This document shows, one piece after another, positions 1-9,447 of a stretch of DNA of 64,000 bases (the stretch's first letter is position 1; each line of letters opens with the position of its first letter). This stretch comes from an uncultured virus (IMG/VR IMGVR_UViG_3300028588_000812) (taxonomy: Duplodnaviria; Heunggongvirae; Uroviricota; Caudoviricetes). The position numbers and the translations under genes were made by a program. Below the pieces are notes generated by a model that saw nothing but the letters and a program-made list of their open reading frames with translations, was not told where the DNA came from and ran no database searches. The stretch lies in the IMG/VR virus record IMGVR_UViG_3300028588_000812; one strand, given 5' to 3'.

Positions 1-289
1 GTGTTCCCATAAGAAAATTGATAGTTGTTTCATCTAGGATAGCACTTTTGATATCAATTTCTTGATTATTTAATTTATCAAAAACATTAACATCAAAAAC
101 AGAAGCTAAATAGGTAGCAACACCTTCTTCTTCTCGTTCTTCTTCAATTCTGTTAACAAAAAGTCTTCTACCAGAATTTTCATGTGGGTAAGTTAAATAT
201 GTAAGCAAGCTATTGTCATACCAAACAATATCCCTATCCAGTTCAAGCCATGTATATTCTAAAATTTCTTTTACAGTCATTCTAGGCAT
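1..289 (-). CDS. hypothetical protein, runs off the window start; probable paralog of 289..687
   Basis: ATG overlaps the upstream stop (TAATG at 291-287). Open frame MPRMTVKEILEYTWLELDRDIVWYDNSLLTY... resembles the neighbour's YDWHDGPLFCF region. Confidence 0.6.
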   Translation of the reverse strand, partial: MPRMTVKEILEYTWLELDRDIVWYDNSLLTYLTYPHENSGRRLFVNRIEEEREEEGVATYLASVFDVNVFDKLNNQEIDIKSAILDETTINFLMGT

Positions 290-687
290 TAGTTTGGTTC
301 TCCTAAATAGTAATCTTCTGCTGGCAATAGCTCTTCTTCTACTTTGTCCCCGTCAAGATAAACACGGTTAACAATACGTTCTTTAGAGCCTAACTTATCC
401 GAAACAATAAAGTTAGTTGTATATCTATGTAAAATTGCATCACGTACACTCATTCTACCTTCACGAAGATATAATTCAATATCATCATCTAATATAGAGT
501 AAAGATAGCTACCTGTTGTGTCAGCAATTGTAGGAATTTCTTGTACAAATGCTTTTACAATGTAACCAGGGTAAGGTTCAACAGGCACTGTAAAACAGAA
601 AAGTGGACCGTCATGCCAATCATATGTAAGATTAGTGTCAACTTCTGCATACATTAGTTGACGTGCACGTAATAAACTGGTAGACAT
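289..687 (-). CDS. hypothetical protein (possibly DUF6575-like)
   Basis: ORF 289..714, likely start MSTSLL at 687. Pattern DWHDGPLF...YLY...GRMSVRDAI...LP recalled from that family, unverified. Confidence 0.55.
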   Translation of the reverse strand: MSTSLLRARQLMYAEVDTNLTYDWHDGPLFCFTVPVEPYPGYIVKAFVQEIPTIADTTGSYLYSILDDDIELYLREGRMSVRDAILHRYTTNFIVSDKLGSKERIVNRVYLDGDKVEEELLPAEDYYLGEPN

Positions 688-715
688 AATAAAAAGTTTA
701 CCAGATTTAAACAAA

Positions 716-2086
716 TTATGCTACTTTTGCCCAACGATTTGTAGGGAAAGGTGTAGAAATAGCTGGGGCATTAGCTCGGGCGGCTTTAGCTTTCCAAGCT
801 TGACGGACCTTTTTACGCGCTGTGAAGAAAACGTCTACATGTTCATTATCTGTAGCACCTTTTTGAGAGCTAATGAGTTGGCTCTTAACAAACTCATTAG
901 AGTAAGAAGGCAAATCAAAATGTTTAGTAATAAATTCTCTACTATCAATGGTAGATTGTTTATTTCTAAGCTTATGTGCAATATCTTGTTCTGTTGAGCT
1001 TGACAAAAGAATTTTACCTTCTAGCTCATGAGATACACTGGTCATTAAGTTTGGAGCGCTAACAAGATTAACGCTTTTAACTTGTTTCCCAGTTGTATTG
1101 TATGAAGAAACTTGGATTGTTGTTCCTGAACCATCTTGGCCTTTAATAGTTTGAATAGAAACATATTGTTTAGATTGTTTCATATAATCAGGAATAGCGT
1201 TTTCATCTGAACGTAAACGGTACATTGCGTACATGCTAGCTTTGTCATGTGGAGCAAAACGGCTTGTTGGGTCTTGTGTGTAACCAGAATTCTTAAATTC
1301 ACCTTTTACCCAACTTTCTGGTGGGTTAGGCTGGTCTACTGCATCAAGTTTTGAGAAATCATTTTGGTATTGTTCACGGTATGCATCATAGTATGTCTGA
1401 GCAATTTTAGGTGAAGTATTCTGTAAAGCAGCAACATTAGTAATTTGTTGTTCTAATTGATTTTTAGAATGTTGAATAATATGAGGTAATGTTTCATAAG
1501 TTTTAAGGTTAACTTCATCAGGAGTACCTAAAGACCTTAGGGTTTGAACAGCATCTTGAACTTCTTTGGATGCTCCATCACGTTGAGACTCATTATTAAA
1601 AGTTTCTAACGTGTTGATGAGCTTATTGTATCTAGCTGTTCTGTCATCTAAAGAAGTTTCATTGATTGAACCATACAAGTTTTTCTCTTCTTGTAGTTCT
1701 CTAGAAGACTCAACAACTGACACTATTTCTTCTTTAGTAAAGAATGATGAGATAGCTAGGTAAGCCGTGGCAACACTATCAACTCTTTTGTTTTTGATTT
1801 CAGCTAGAGCATTTGATTGCATAGAACGGATAGTGGTTGCATTATTTAATCTACTTTGGGCACGTTCATCAGCAGGGTTATCTTGAATTTGTTTTTTGAG
1901 TACATCTAAACCTTCTGGCGTAGCATCATAGTCTAGCTGAGCATTAAACATTTTAGCTTTTGATAGTAAAGCTTCTGGGGAGGTTTTCCCATGCTTTTTG
2001 ACAGCACTAGTGTAAGCTATTCTACGTGCTTTCAAGCGTCGGTCCATGTCATAGCTACATCTTGGACCAGGTGATACTTCACACAT
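716..2086 (-). CDS. hypothetical protein with MCxxxPGPRCS N-terminal domain; C-terminus possibly a degenerate exonuclease fold
   Basis: 456-aa ORF; first ~100 aa resemble those of 2194..3252. Confidence 0.7.
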   Translation of the reverse strand: MCEVSPGPRCSYDMDRRLKARRIAYTSAVKKHGKTSPEALLSKAKMFNAQLDYDATPEGLDVLKKQIQDNPADERAQSRLNNATTIRSMQSNALAEIKNKRVDSVATAYLAISSFFTKEEIVSVVESSRELQEEKNLYGSINETSLDDRTARYNKLINTLETFNNESQRDGASKEVQDAVQTLRSLGTPDEVNLKTYETLPHIIQHSKNQLEQQITNVAALQNTSPKIAQTYYDAYREQYQNDFSKLDAVDQPNPPESWVKGEFKNSGYTQDPTSRFAPHDKASMYAMYRLRSDENAIPDYMKQSKQYVSIQTIKGQDGSGTTIQVSSYNTTGKQVKSVNLVSAPNLMTSVSHELEGKILLSSSTEQDIAHKLRNKQSTIDSREFITKHFDLPSYSNEFVKSQLISSQKGATDNEHVDVFFTARKKVRQAWKAKAARANAPAISTPFPTNRWAKVA

Positions 2087-2178
2087 TCGGGTTTTATTGC
2101 CTTTCTCAGAACTTGCTCTAAATAATATCTAACGGGGTTCCTTCTTACTATAGGAAAAACTAGCTAGCATAAGTTTCC

Positions 2179-2186
2179 TCCGATAT
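2179..2186 (+). promoter_or_regulatory. sigma28/WhiG-type -10 element TCCGATAT, probable leaderless start
   Basis: CCGATA ends 8 nt before ATG 2194; no SD. Confidence 0.55.
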
Positions 2187-2193
2187 CTTTTGC

Positions 2194-3252
2194 ATGTGCT
2201 ACCCAACCCCTGGACCTCGATGCAGTAATCATGCGTACAAAGAATATATTGATGCGCAACACAAGTTTGCCTCTTGTAGCGAACCTAATGAAAAAATTCT
2301 TTTAGGTGACCGTTTAGAGGAAAAGAAAGCTATATACGAAACAACTCCACGTGGACAGCATGAACTTCGTAGAAATGCTGATTTAGCTAAAGGCATTGAG
2401 CGCGAACAATTTCTTTTGCGTTTAAAAACAGCAGAAGAAACACGCAAGCAACAGTTAGCTGAATATAACTACGCAATTGTAAATAAAGATACAAGCTATG
2501 TAGAGTTAATGGCAGAGAAAGGCTACCGTAAAGGTCGCTATCAGGATGCTTGTGGAATTACAATTTTCTATTTGACCCAGCGTTATCCTAATAAAGAATT
2601 TGATATTGAAAATATTAATACAATTACTTTTGATGATAAGAAAATTTTTGTTATCCCAGAGAAATACCAAAAAGCTTGGGGTGTATGCAAAGAAGATAAT
2701 GGTTTCACATCAGAAGATGAAACTTTGAATAATATTTTTTCTAAAACTTTCAATCCAGCTAAACCTTCTCCTAATACAGAAAAAGAAATGATGGAGTGGT
2801 TTACGCAACAATTAAAGAATAGTGGTTACAGCGCAATAGCTTCAGTTAACAGAGCAACCCAAGATGTTGCTATTGCTGATGTAGATGATATTGCAAAGTT
2901 CTATTCTGTTAGTTTCAAACTTCAAAGAAGGTTAGGTGGAAGCACTAATTATGTTGGTAAACCTGAGGTTATTGAAGAGCTAATTAAAGATACTGTTTTT
3001 GAAGCAGGTAAAGTATTACAACCGGAAGGTGCACATAAAACAGCTATTTATGGTGTTCCGCCTCAAATCAAAGAAGATTGTATCCTTGACGAAGAATTAT
3101 ATGCATCCTGGCGTTTAACTTCTGATGAAGAAGATGGCTATTTTGAAGTACGCCGTCGTCATATCAGTAACAACTTTAATGTTATTGTTTGTTTGAAAGC
3201 TAAACGTCAAGTTTCCGTTACGGGTATTACAAGTAATATTAGTTTTAAATAA
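2194..3252 (+). CDS. hypothetical protein with MCxxxPGPRCS N-terminal domain
   Basis: 352-aa ORF divergent from 716..2086; shares PGPRCS, YxxTPxG and RLxxAxxxRxxQ. Confidence 0.7.
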   Translation: MCYPTPGPRCSNHAYKEYIDAQHKFASCSEPNEKILLGDRLEEKKAIYETTPRGQHELRRNADLAKGIEREQFLLRLKTAEETRKQQLAEYNYAIVNKDTSYVELMAEKGYRKGRYQDACGITIFYLTQRYPNKEFDIENINTITFDDKKIFVIPEKYQKAWGVCKEDNGFTSEDETLNNIFSKTFNPAKPSPNTEKEMMEWFTQQLKNSGYSAIASVNRATQDVAIADVDDIAKFYSVSFKLQRRLGGSTNYVGKPEVIEELIKDTVFEAGKVLQPEGAHKTAIYGVPPQIKEDCILDEELYASWRLTSDEEDGYFEVRRRHISNNFNVIVCLKAKRQVSVTGITSNISFK

Positions 3253-3296
3253 TAAAATAGGCCCTACCAGTTAATTCTGGTAGGGCCTATTTTATT
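3251..3296. terminator. bidirectional intrinsic terminator
   Basis: 20-bp perfect inverted repeat aataaaataggccctaccag between convergent genes. Confidence 0.8.
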
Positions 3297-4390
3297 TAGT
3301 TGTATTCTGTTCCACCCTTACGAGTAAGGTATTCTTCAGAAACGTATTTAGCAATCTTTGTGCCACCTGTTTCAAGGTTAACACGTTGTTTAGGACGAAT
3401 TACAACACCTTCGCGGATGTGTGATTCTGTGCCAGAAACAAGTTCTTTTCCAGATGCATGAGCTACCACTGTATTTACAGAGAATGGACCTTTGTAAAGT
3501 ACAGGTGGAGTAGGAATTCCAGCTTTTTCAGTTAATGTTTCAACTTCATCAGGGTTAAGCCACCTTGATACGCTAGTTCCATCTTCATTGTTGTAGTTAA
3601 CATTGATGTCAAAGACAACAAAGCCATGACCACCATTAGTGTAACCATATTTAAGGTCTTGAACTGCTCCGAAAGTTTCACCAAAGATAGCAATTTTGTT
3701 GAAATGAGCATTAGGGTATGTTTCAACAACAACTTGTACAAGCTTGTTTAGGTCATACTTTTTGCTCATTTGCCAGTAAAGGTTCTTTTCCTCTTCTTTT
3801 AGAGCTAGGTTGCTTTTACCTAGACCTTTAGAAGTGACTAATAGTTTATTTTCGCCCTGAGGGTCAACAAACGTGTAGCAAGAACATGTACCATGGATTT
3901 TTTCAGTAAGAACTACTTCTTCTCCATCCTCAAAAAGGTCAGGGAATTTCTTTAAGTTCTCAATTTCAATCCAACGAACAATTTCTGGTGCAGATTGTGT
4001 CATTCCAGCAAGGCTAGCAGGGACAACAGGTTCCCATTTAGTAATGCCAAGAATTTCAGCAAAATCTCCATCTTTCCCGATTTTTTCTAAAGCTCCATCA
4101 GGTAGTAGAGATAATGGTGCCACTACACCTTGTGAAAGTGCGCCACGTAGTGACACAGGTTTCACACGATTTTGTGCTTTACCAGAAAGTTTTCCTTCAA
4201 GCCCAAGAGCAATTGTAATGTTCTCAGGAAGAATAGCAAACTCTGGCACATAAAGCACTTCATCGCCAGTTTTCCACGTGCCTTTACCTACAACGATGTT
4301 GTAAAGACCTACGCGAGCAAGCTCTAGTCGGTCAGCATTGGGGTGTGGGAATACTTCAATTTTTTCAATAGTTACCTCAAATGTTGCCAT
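3296..4390 (-). CDS. RNA ligase, DRB0094/Rnl2-like family with N-terminal OB domain
   Basis: HPNADRL N-terminus; nucleotidyltransferase motifs EKIHGT, GETFG, FVVFDI, REGVVIRP, AKYVS; start MATFEV. Confidence 0.88.
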   Translation of the reverse strand: MATFEVTIEKIEVFPHPNADRLELARVGLYNIVVGKGTWKTGDEVLYVPEFAILPENITIALGLEGKLSGKAQNRVKPVSLRGALSQGVVAPLSLLPDGALEKIGKDGDFAEILGITKWEPVVPASLAGMTQSAPEIVRWIEIENLKKFPDLFEDGEEVVLTEKIHGTCSCYTFVDPQGENKLLVTSKGLGKSNLALKEEEKNLYWQMSKKYDLNKLVQVVVETYPNAHFNKIAIFGETFGAVQDLKYGYTNGGHGFVVFDINVNYNNEDGTSVSRWLNPDEVETLTEKAGIPTPPVLYKGPFSVNTVVAHASGKELVSGTESHIREGVVIRPKQRVNLETGGTKIAKYVSEEYLTRKGGTEYN

Positions 4391-4495
4391 TATTGGTACC
4401 TCTCTTTCATATAGGATAATGAGCTTCGAAATTCCACTCATGGGTTCCACCAGACACGAAAGAGTGTCAAGAACTACTATAACATACTTTTATAG

Positions 4496-4951
4496 TTAAA
4501 GCAAAGGTGACCAGATAGATTTGATAACTGATGAACGCTTAATTAACCATTCACGAATAGCTGGCTCATCTTCTTCTGTTACGAAAACAGAGGCTGAACA
4601 CACGGAAGCTTTTCTTTGCAACATATAAAATAAAGAAAGTTCATGGCAAATATCTTCTTCACCAGCACAAACATGACATTCTTCTTTGGAACCATAATAA
4701 TCATCATTTTCATCATTATGGTCATAACGCTTCCAATCCCAGCGCCAAAGTAAATTCAAATCTTCATCACCATCATAAAGCCAGTTGCCTTTATCTTCTA
4801 GCATTTTTTCGTTAGGAGAATACTTTGAAAGGCTATCAGCGAAACTTTCCCAACTATCAAATTCTTTATGAGCCTCAGAGTATGGCTGATAATAGTTACC
4901 TGGTGTGGCATAGTAAGGGTGGGATTCTTCCCACAAGTGTTGGTTAGTCAT
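4496..4951 (-). CDS. hypothetical phage/plasmid-type protein
   Basis: 151-aa Trp/acid-rich ORF coupled to the upstream gene. Confidence 0.7.
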   Translation of the reverse strand: MTNQHLWEESHPYYATPGNYYQPYSEAHKEFDSWESFADSLSKYSPNEKMLEDKGNWLYDGDEDLNLLWRWDWKRYDHNDENDDYYGSKEECHVCAGEEDICHELSLFYMLQRKASVCSASVFVTEEDEPAIREWLIKRSSVIKSIWSPLL

Positions 4952-5450
4952 GGGATAATCTTTTCTTTGTATTTGTTTCAGAAACTAAGAAAACTTGTAG
5001 TACATAATAAATGGCATCTTTATCATTTTCCCAATCAATACTTTCAGCATAATCAGCACTATATTGCCAGGAACCATCTACAAGCCAAAAACCAGATGTA
5101 GCAAAAATAAAACCACTATCATCCCATTCCCATGCTAATGGGCTTTTATCTGCAACAAGGTTTTGGTATGGCTCATCGATATCCGTAAACACTTTTTGTT
5201 CTTCTGGATTATTATAAAAGTTTAAATCACTTTCATGGTCATAACCATAGATTAGAGCGTGCTCTTTATCTGCGAAAAGAACTAACGTTCCTTCATCGCC
5301 GCTACCGTTTTCCCAGCGAACCCATTTGTAATCAGGGTTGCTTTCATCAAAGAAAACCTCATCGCCTTCAAATTGTTTCAAAAAATCGTAGCGTTCTGCT
5401 AACACATCATAAGAAGGTAATTCCTTCACTGATTGTTCAAAATTAGACAT
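4944..5450 (-). CDS. hypothetical protein
   Basis: 168-aa ORF with GAGG SD. Confidence 0.7.
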   Translation of the reverse strand: MSNFEQSVKELPSYDVLAERYDFLKQFEGDEVFFDESNPDYKWVRWENGSGDEGTLVLFADKEHALIYGYDHESDLNFYNNPEEQKVFTDIDEPYQNLVADKSPLAWEWDDSGFIFATSGFWLVDGSWQYSADYAESIDWENDKDAIYYVLQVFLVSETNTKKRLSHD

Positions 5451-5492
5451 AAATATCCTCCGGTTCTATAATAGCATCAAAAGTGAAGCCTC

Positions 5493-5501
5493 TGTTATAA
5501 T
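5493..5501 (+). promoter_or_regulatory. extended -10 housekeeping promoter TGT-TATAAT, leaderless
   Basis: 6 nt before ATG 5508. Confidence 0.6.
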
Positions 5502-5507
5502 TATTGA

Positions 5508-6083
5508 ATGCCTTCTCTTATAAAAGTCTCCCCCTTCTCTAAAACGTTTACTGAATACAAAGACGGTTTTAAAGCTGCTATCCATGATTGGCCTGATGAA
5601 GCTTTCTTACAAGGTGGAGATAGCGGCGTAGTATTGACAGAGAAAGGCACCTATCGTACTGCTTTTGTAGAAGCGTTTGTCAACGGAACTTTTATTAGAG
5701 GCGAAGGCTCTAATTTAGATGAAGCTGAAGAACAACTTTGGCAAAAATATCAAGCAACTCAAACTTGCAACTCTCATGAATATGTCACAAGAGGTTATAC
5801 AAATGGCGCAGGCTTCTGTGTACATTGTGGCCATTTTCAACCAGATTGTTTTAGTGCAGAAGATTTAAAACAATACTGTGACACATGCAATGTTCCTACC
5901 AAATGGGGGCAAGTTTCTAAAAGAAACGAAGCAACTTATGAATGGGAAAAAGTTTGGGCATGCAAAGAACATATAAGAGAATTGCAAACTTTACATATGT
6001 ACTACCTTCTGTTAAAAGAGGGCTTGAACGAAAAAGAAAGAATTGATTTAATCCATCTAAGATTTCTGCTTTTAGACGATTGA
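5508..6083 (+). CDS. hypothetical Cys/His-rich (Zn-binding-like) protein
   Basis: CxxH, CxxC, CxxC, CxxH pairs; FIRGEG motif. Confidence 0.7.
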   Translation: MPSLIKVSPFSKTFTEYKDGFKAAIHDWPDEAFLQGGDSGVVLTEKGTYRTAFVEAFVNGTFIRGEGSNLDEAEEQLWQKYQATQTCNSHEYVTRGYTNGAGFCVHCGHFQPDCFSAEDLKQYCDTCNVPTKWGQVSKRNEATYEWEKVWACKEHIRELQTLHMYYLLLKEGLNEKERIDLIHLRFLLLDD

Positions 6084-6125
6084 TTAACGGTACGAAAATA
6101 AAATAACTGATAGAATATTGGAAGT

Positions 6126-6932
6126 ATGAATACAAAAATTAACACAGCTTATGAAGACGCTCTACGAGTAGTCCTTGAAAAAGGAACCCACAAAGAAGAT
6201 CGAACAGGTACTGGTACTACCAGTTATTTTGCTCAACAAATTCGTTTTGATTTACAAGATGGTTTCCCTCTTATTACCACAAAAAAGACTGGCATGCGTT
6301 TAATTGCAGAAGAACTTATTTGGTTCTTGCAGGGTACCGGAAATATTGGTTATCTTAAGGAAAAGAACGTTAAAATCTGGGATGAATGGGCAGACGAGAA
6401 CGGTGACCTCGGACCAGTATACGGTGTTCAATGGAGACACTGGCCTGACGGTAAAGGCGGAAGCATTGACCAAATTGCAGATGTAATTGAACAAATTAAA
6501 ACAAACCCAGACTCACGTCGTTTGATTGTTGCTGCATGGAACCCTGCTGCTTTGCCTGAACAAGCATTACCTCCATGTCACTCCTGGTTCCAATTCTATG
6601 TTGTCAATGGTAAACTTTCTTGCCAACTTTATCAGCGTTCAGCGGATATGTTCCTTGGTGTTCCTTTCAATATTGCTTCTTACTCTCTATTAACACATAT
6701 GGTTGCTCAGCAAACAGGATTAGAAGTAGGAGAATTCATTTGGACCGGTGGTGATACTCACATTTATGACAACCACGTAGAACAAGTAAAACTACAACTT
6801 TCTCGTGATGCACGACCTTTCCCAACCTTAGTCCTTAATAAAAAAGATAGTATTGACGATTACACTTGGGATGACATCACTATTGAAGGTTACGACCCTC
6901 ACCCAGGTATTCGTGGCGAAGTTGCTGTCTAA
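6126..6932 (+). CDS. thyA: thymidylate synthase
   Basis: [23 protein letters not shown] (catalytic Cys), [18 protein letters not shown]. Confidence 0.98.
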   Translation: MNTKINTAYEDALRVVLEKGTHKEDRTGTGTTSYFAQQIRFDLQDGFPLITTKKTGMRLIAEELIWFLQGTGNIGYLKEKNVKIWDEWADENGDLGPVYGVQWRHWPDGKGGSIDQIADVIEQIKTNPDSRRLIVAAWNPAALPEQALPPCHSWFQFYVVNGKLSCQLYQRSADMFLGVPFNIASYSLLTHMVAQQTGLEVGEFIWTGGDTHIYDNHVEQVKLQLSRDARPFPTLVLNKKDSIDDYTWDDITIEGYDPHPGIRGEVAV

Positions 6933-6934
6933 GA

Positions 6935-7435
6935 ATGCCAGCTAACGTCAACTTAATTTGGGCACAAGATTTATCTGGTGGTATTGGATATGATAACGAA
7001 CTTTTATTCGATATTCCAGAAGATTTAAAATTTTTTTCTCAAACAACACGAAATTCCACTATTGTTATGGGTCGCAAAACTTGGGATTCCCTTCCTAAGA
7101 AGCCTTTACCTTCAAGAAGAAACATTGTTTTATCTAGAACGGTGAAACATTTAGAGGGAGCGGAAGTATATCCTTCTCTTGCCGAAGCTTTACAAAATAT
7201 TGACGGCGACCTTTGGGTTATAGGTGGTGAAAGCTTATACAATGAAGCTATTCATTCCGCCACTACATTATATGTAACTCAAATATTTGATAAAGCTCCA
7301 AATATTGATGCGTATGCTCCAAAACAAGATATAGTAGCTCAGCAATTTGAAAGAGTTAATGCAACTAAACGTTTAATTTCAGAAAAAACTGGTATTGAAT
7401 ACGAATTTGTTCATTATGCTAGACGTGAAAATTAA
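6935..7435 (+). CDS. folA: dihydrofolate reductase
   Basis: IPEDLKFF, VMGRKTWDSLP, PLPSRRNIVLSR, VIGGESLY; directly follows thyA. Confidence 0.96.
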   Translation: MPANVNLIWAQDLSGGIGYDNELLFDIPEDLKFFSQTTRNSTIVMGRKTWDSLPKKPLPSRRNIVLSRTVKHLEGAEVYPSLAEALQNIDGDLWVIGGESLYNEAIHSATTLYVTQIFDKAPNIDAYAPKQDIVAQQFERVNATKRLISEKTGIEYEFVHYARREN

Positions 7436-7442
7436 ATAAATC

Positions 7443-7484
7443 CTAAGAATGCCCTCAACCTGGTTAGGTTGAGGGCATTCTTAG
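7443..7484. terminator. bidirectional terminator
   Basis: 19-bp perfect inverted repeat between convergent genes. Confidence 0.75.
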
Positions 7485-8279
7485 CTAGAAGGTTGGAAAG
7501 AAAGGTTCTGACTGGCTAATTAGTTCTGTCATTTCTTTCATGCTGAACTTTTGGGTATGAAGTTCATACCATTCGCCGTTGTAGTGAGATAAGTTTTCGT
7601 CCCAAGGGTTGGTTACACGTCCCCATTTATAGAATGGTCTGATATCGTTTGGGTTTTCGGGATTAACACGAGTATATTCAACAATGTTTGCGTTACGGAT
7701 AGTGAGGTTTTCATCACGTTCACGTTCAACCCATTGGTGAGGGGTCATTTTTTCAATCACAAATTGGGCTGTGCTGATAAATTCACCATGTGTGACACCT
7801 ACGACAGCATCTGTTTCTTCAATACGTCCTAAATGTGTGAGTGCAGAATTTACACGTGAACGAACGCCTGTTGCTAGGCTTTCTCCACCTTGTGGTTTCC
7901 AATACCAGGCAAACTGATTTTTAATAGCTGTGGAATCTTTGAATAAGCTTTCTTGTTCAGCTTTGGAATAACGTCCATATTCACCCCAGTCTCGTTCGCG
8001 CCACAAGTCATCAATAATCCAGTTGTCACTAATGTTTAAATTGACTGCTGTTTCTATGGCACGGAAGAAAGGCGACACGTAATGTCTACTGAAAGCATAA
8101 CCATGCTCAGATAGCCACTCACCAGCCGCCTGCGCTTGTTTACGGCCCTTATTAGTCAATCGCACGTGAACGTCTGCGTTTTGATGAAAACCGCTTGGTG
8201 CCTTAGCTAGGCCCTTTTGAACAAGGTTAGCTTCTGATTGACCATGACGAACTAAAACAAGTGTCCTTGGGTATGTCAT
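7485..8279 (-). CDS. histidine phosphatase (phosphoglycerate mutase-like) family protein
   Basis: LVRHGQSEAN, SPFFRAIETA, ERDWG, GGES, VTHG. Confidence 0.9.
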   Translation of the reverse strand: MTYPRTLVLVRHGQSEANLVQKGLAKAPSGFHQNADVHVRLTNKGRKQAQAAGEWLSEHGYAFSRHYVSPFFRAIETAVNLNISDNWIIDDLWRERDWGEYGRYSKAEQESLFKDSTAIKNQFAWYWKPQGGESLATGVRSRVNSALTHLGRIEETDAVVGVTHGEFISTAQFVIEKMTPHQWVERERDENLTIRNANIVEYTRVNPENPNDIRPFYKWGRVTNPWDENLSHYNGEWYELHTQKFSMKEMTELISQSEPFFPTF

Positions 8280-8336
8280 TTATTATTTCCCTAATATTTA
8301 TGTTAAAACTTATATATCAAGGTTAACACGTTTAAC

Positions 8337-9356
8337 TTATGTAAGCAAATTGAAGTCAATATCTTTTAAAGTTCTTGTAACATATTTAGCTATATGCCAA
8401 GCCAAAACTGGTGGTACAGCGTTGCCTATCTGACGATGCGCTTCGGTTTGAGATAAAGGAAAACTATAGTTATCAGGAAAACTTTGCAACCTAGCACATT
8501 CTCGTACAGTCAATCTTCTCCATGTTTCAGGATTAGAGTTATCTTTGTCTATATCTATACTATTATAATGTGCATATTGATGCCCGTGAGCTTCTGCTCG
8601 AACGGTATGCGCTGGTTTATCAGCTTTTTCTTTTTCGTTTCCCTGGTGGGTTTTACCAAGAAGGAATTTTACTTTACTGTAATCTTTAGTTGTATGGTTA
8701 GTGGGAGCTTCTTCGCTATCTAACATATTTTCTAAATCACCTATAGCATCCTGCGTTGTCCTGTATGGCGAAAGTTTTGATGTTTGCTTTTCTCCATGTG
8801 TTTGCACGGGAAAAACAATTTTTCCTTTAAGGTTCTTGCGTCTGCCAATAATAATAACTCTTACGCGAGTTTGAGGAATACCATATTCTACAGCTTTTAA
8901 AATTTTATATTCAACGTCATAACCACTTTTACTTAATTCTTTGACAATTGTCTCTAAAGCAGAAGTATCTTCGGTTTTCTTAGTGTTACGGATACCATCG
9001 ACGTTCTCAGCAACAAACATTTTAGGTTTTACATACTCAATTACTTTCTTCATTTTAAGATAGGTACTGTTACCGTCAGGTGAAGTAGCTTTATAAGGGA
9101 AACCTCCAATAACAAGGTCTGCTTCTGGTAAACTTTTTACATCTAAATGGGTAATGTCTGTGGTAATAGCTTGCTGAGGCAAATTAAAATTGTAAGCTTT
9201 GGTAGCTTGTTTGCTTTTATCTGTAGCATACACAATTTCAAAAGGTAAATTGCGATATTTTTGGCCAAAAACTTCAAAGCCACCAAGGAAACCAAGGTCC
9301 ATACCTCCGCAGCCGGAAAAAAGTGAGATTACTTTAAATTTCTTTGTTTTAGCCAT
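8337..9356 (-). CDS. C5-cytosine DNA methyltransferase homolog lacking the catalytic Cys (GGFPY)
   Basis: LFSGCGG, ENV, QTRVRV, RRLTVRECARLQSFPD and QIGNAVPP present; motif IV is PY instead of PC. Confidence 0.88.
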   Translation of the reverse strand: MAKTKKFKVISLFSGCGGMDLGFLGGFEVFGQKYRNLPFEIVYATDKSKQATKAYNFNLPQQAITTDITHLDVKSLPEADLVIGGFPYKATSPDGNSTYLKMKKVIEYVKPKMFVAENVDGIRNTKKTEDTSALETIVKELSKSGYDVEYKILKAVEYGIPQTRVRVIIIGRRKNLKGKIVFPVQTHGEKQTSKLSPYRTTQDAIGDLENMLDSEEAPTNHTTKDYSKVKFLLGKTHQGNEKEKADKPAHTVRAEAHGHQYAHYNSIDIDKDNSNPETWRRLTVRECARLQSFPDNYSFPLSQTEAHRQIGNAVPPVLAWHIAKYVTRTLKDIDFNLLT

Positions 9357-9393
9357 TATTATCTACCTCAATTCTAGCATATAACAAGAAAAA

Positions 9394-9442
9394 GCCTAAA
9401 GTTAAAGCCAAACTACAATGTAGTTTGGCTTTAACTTTAGGC
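9394..9442. terminator. long hairpin / terminator
   Basis: 24-bp perfect inverted repeat gcctaaagttaaagccaaactaca downstream of 9448..11475. Confidence 0.7.
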
Positions 9443-9447
9443 GATAA

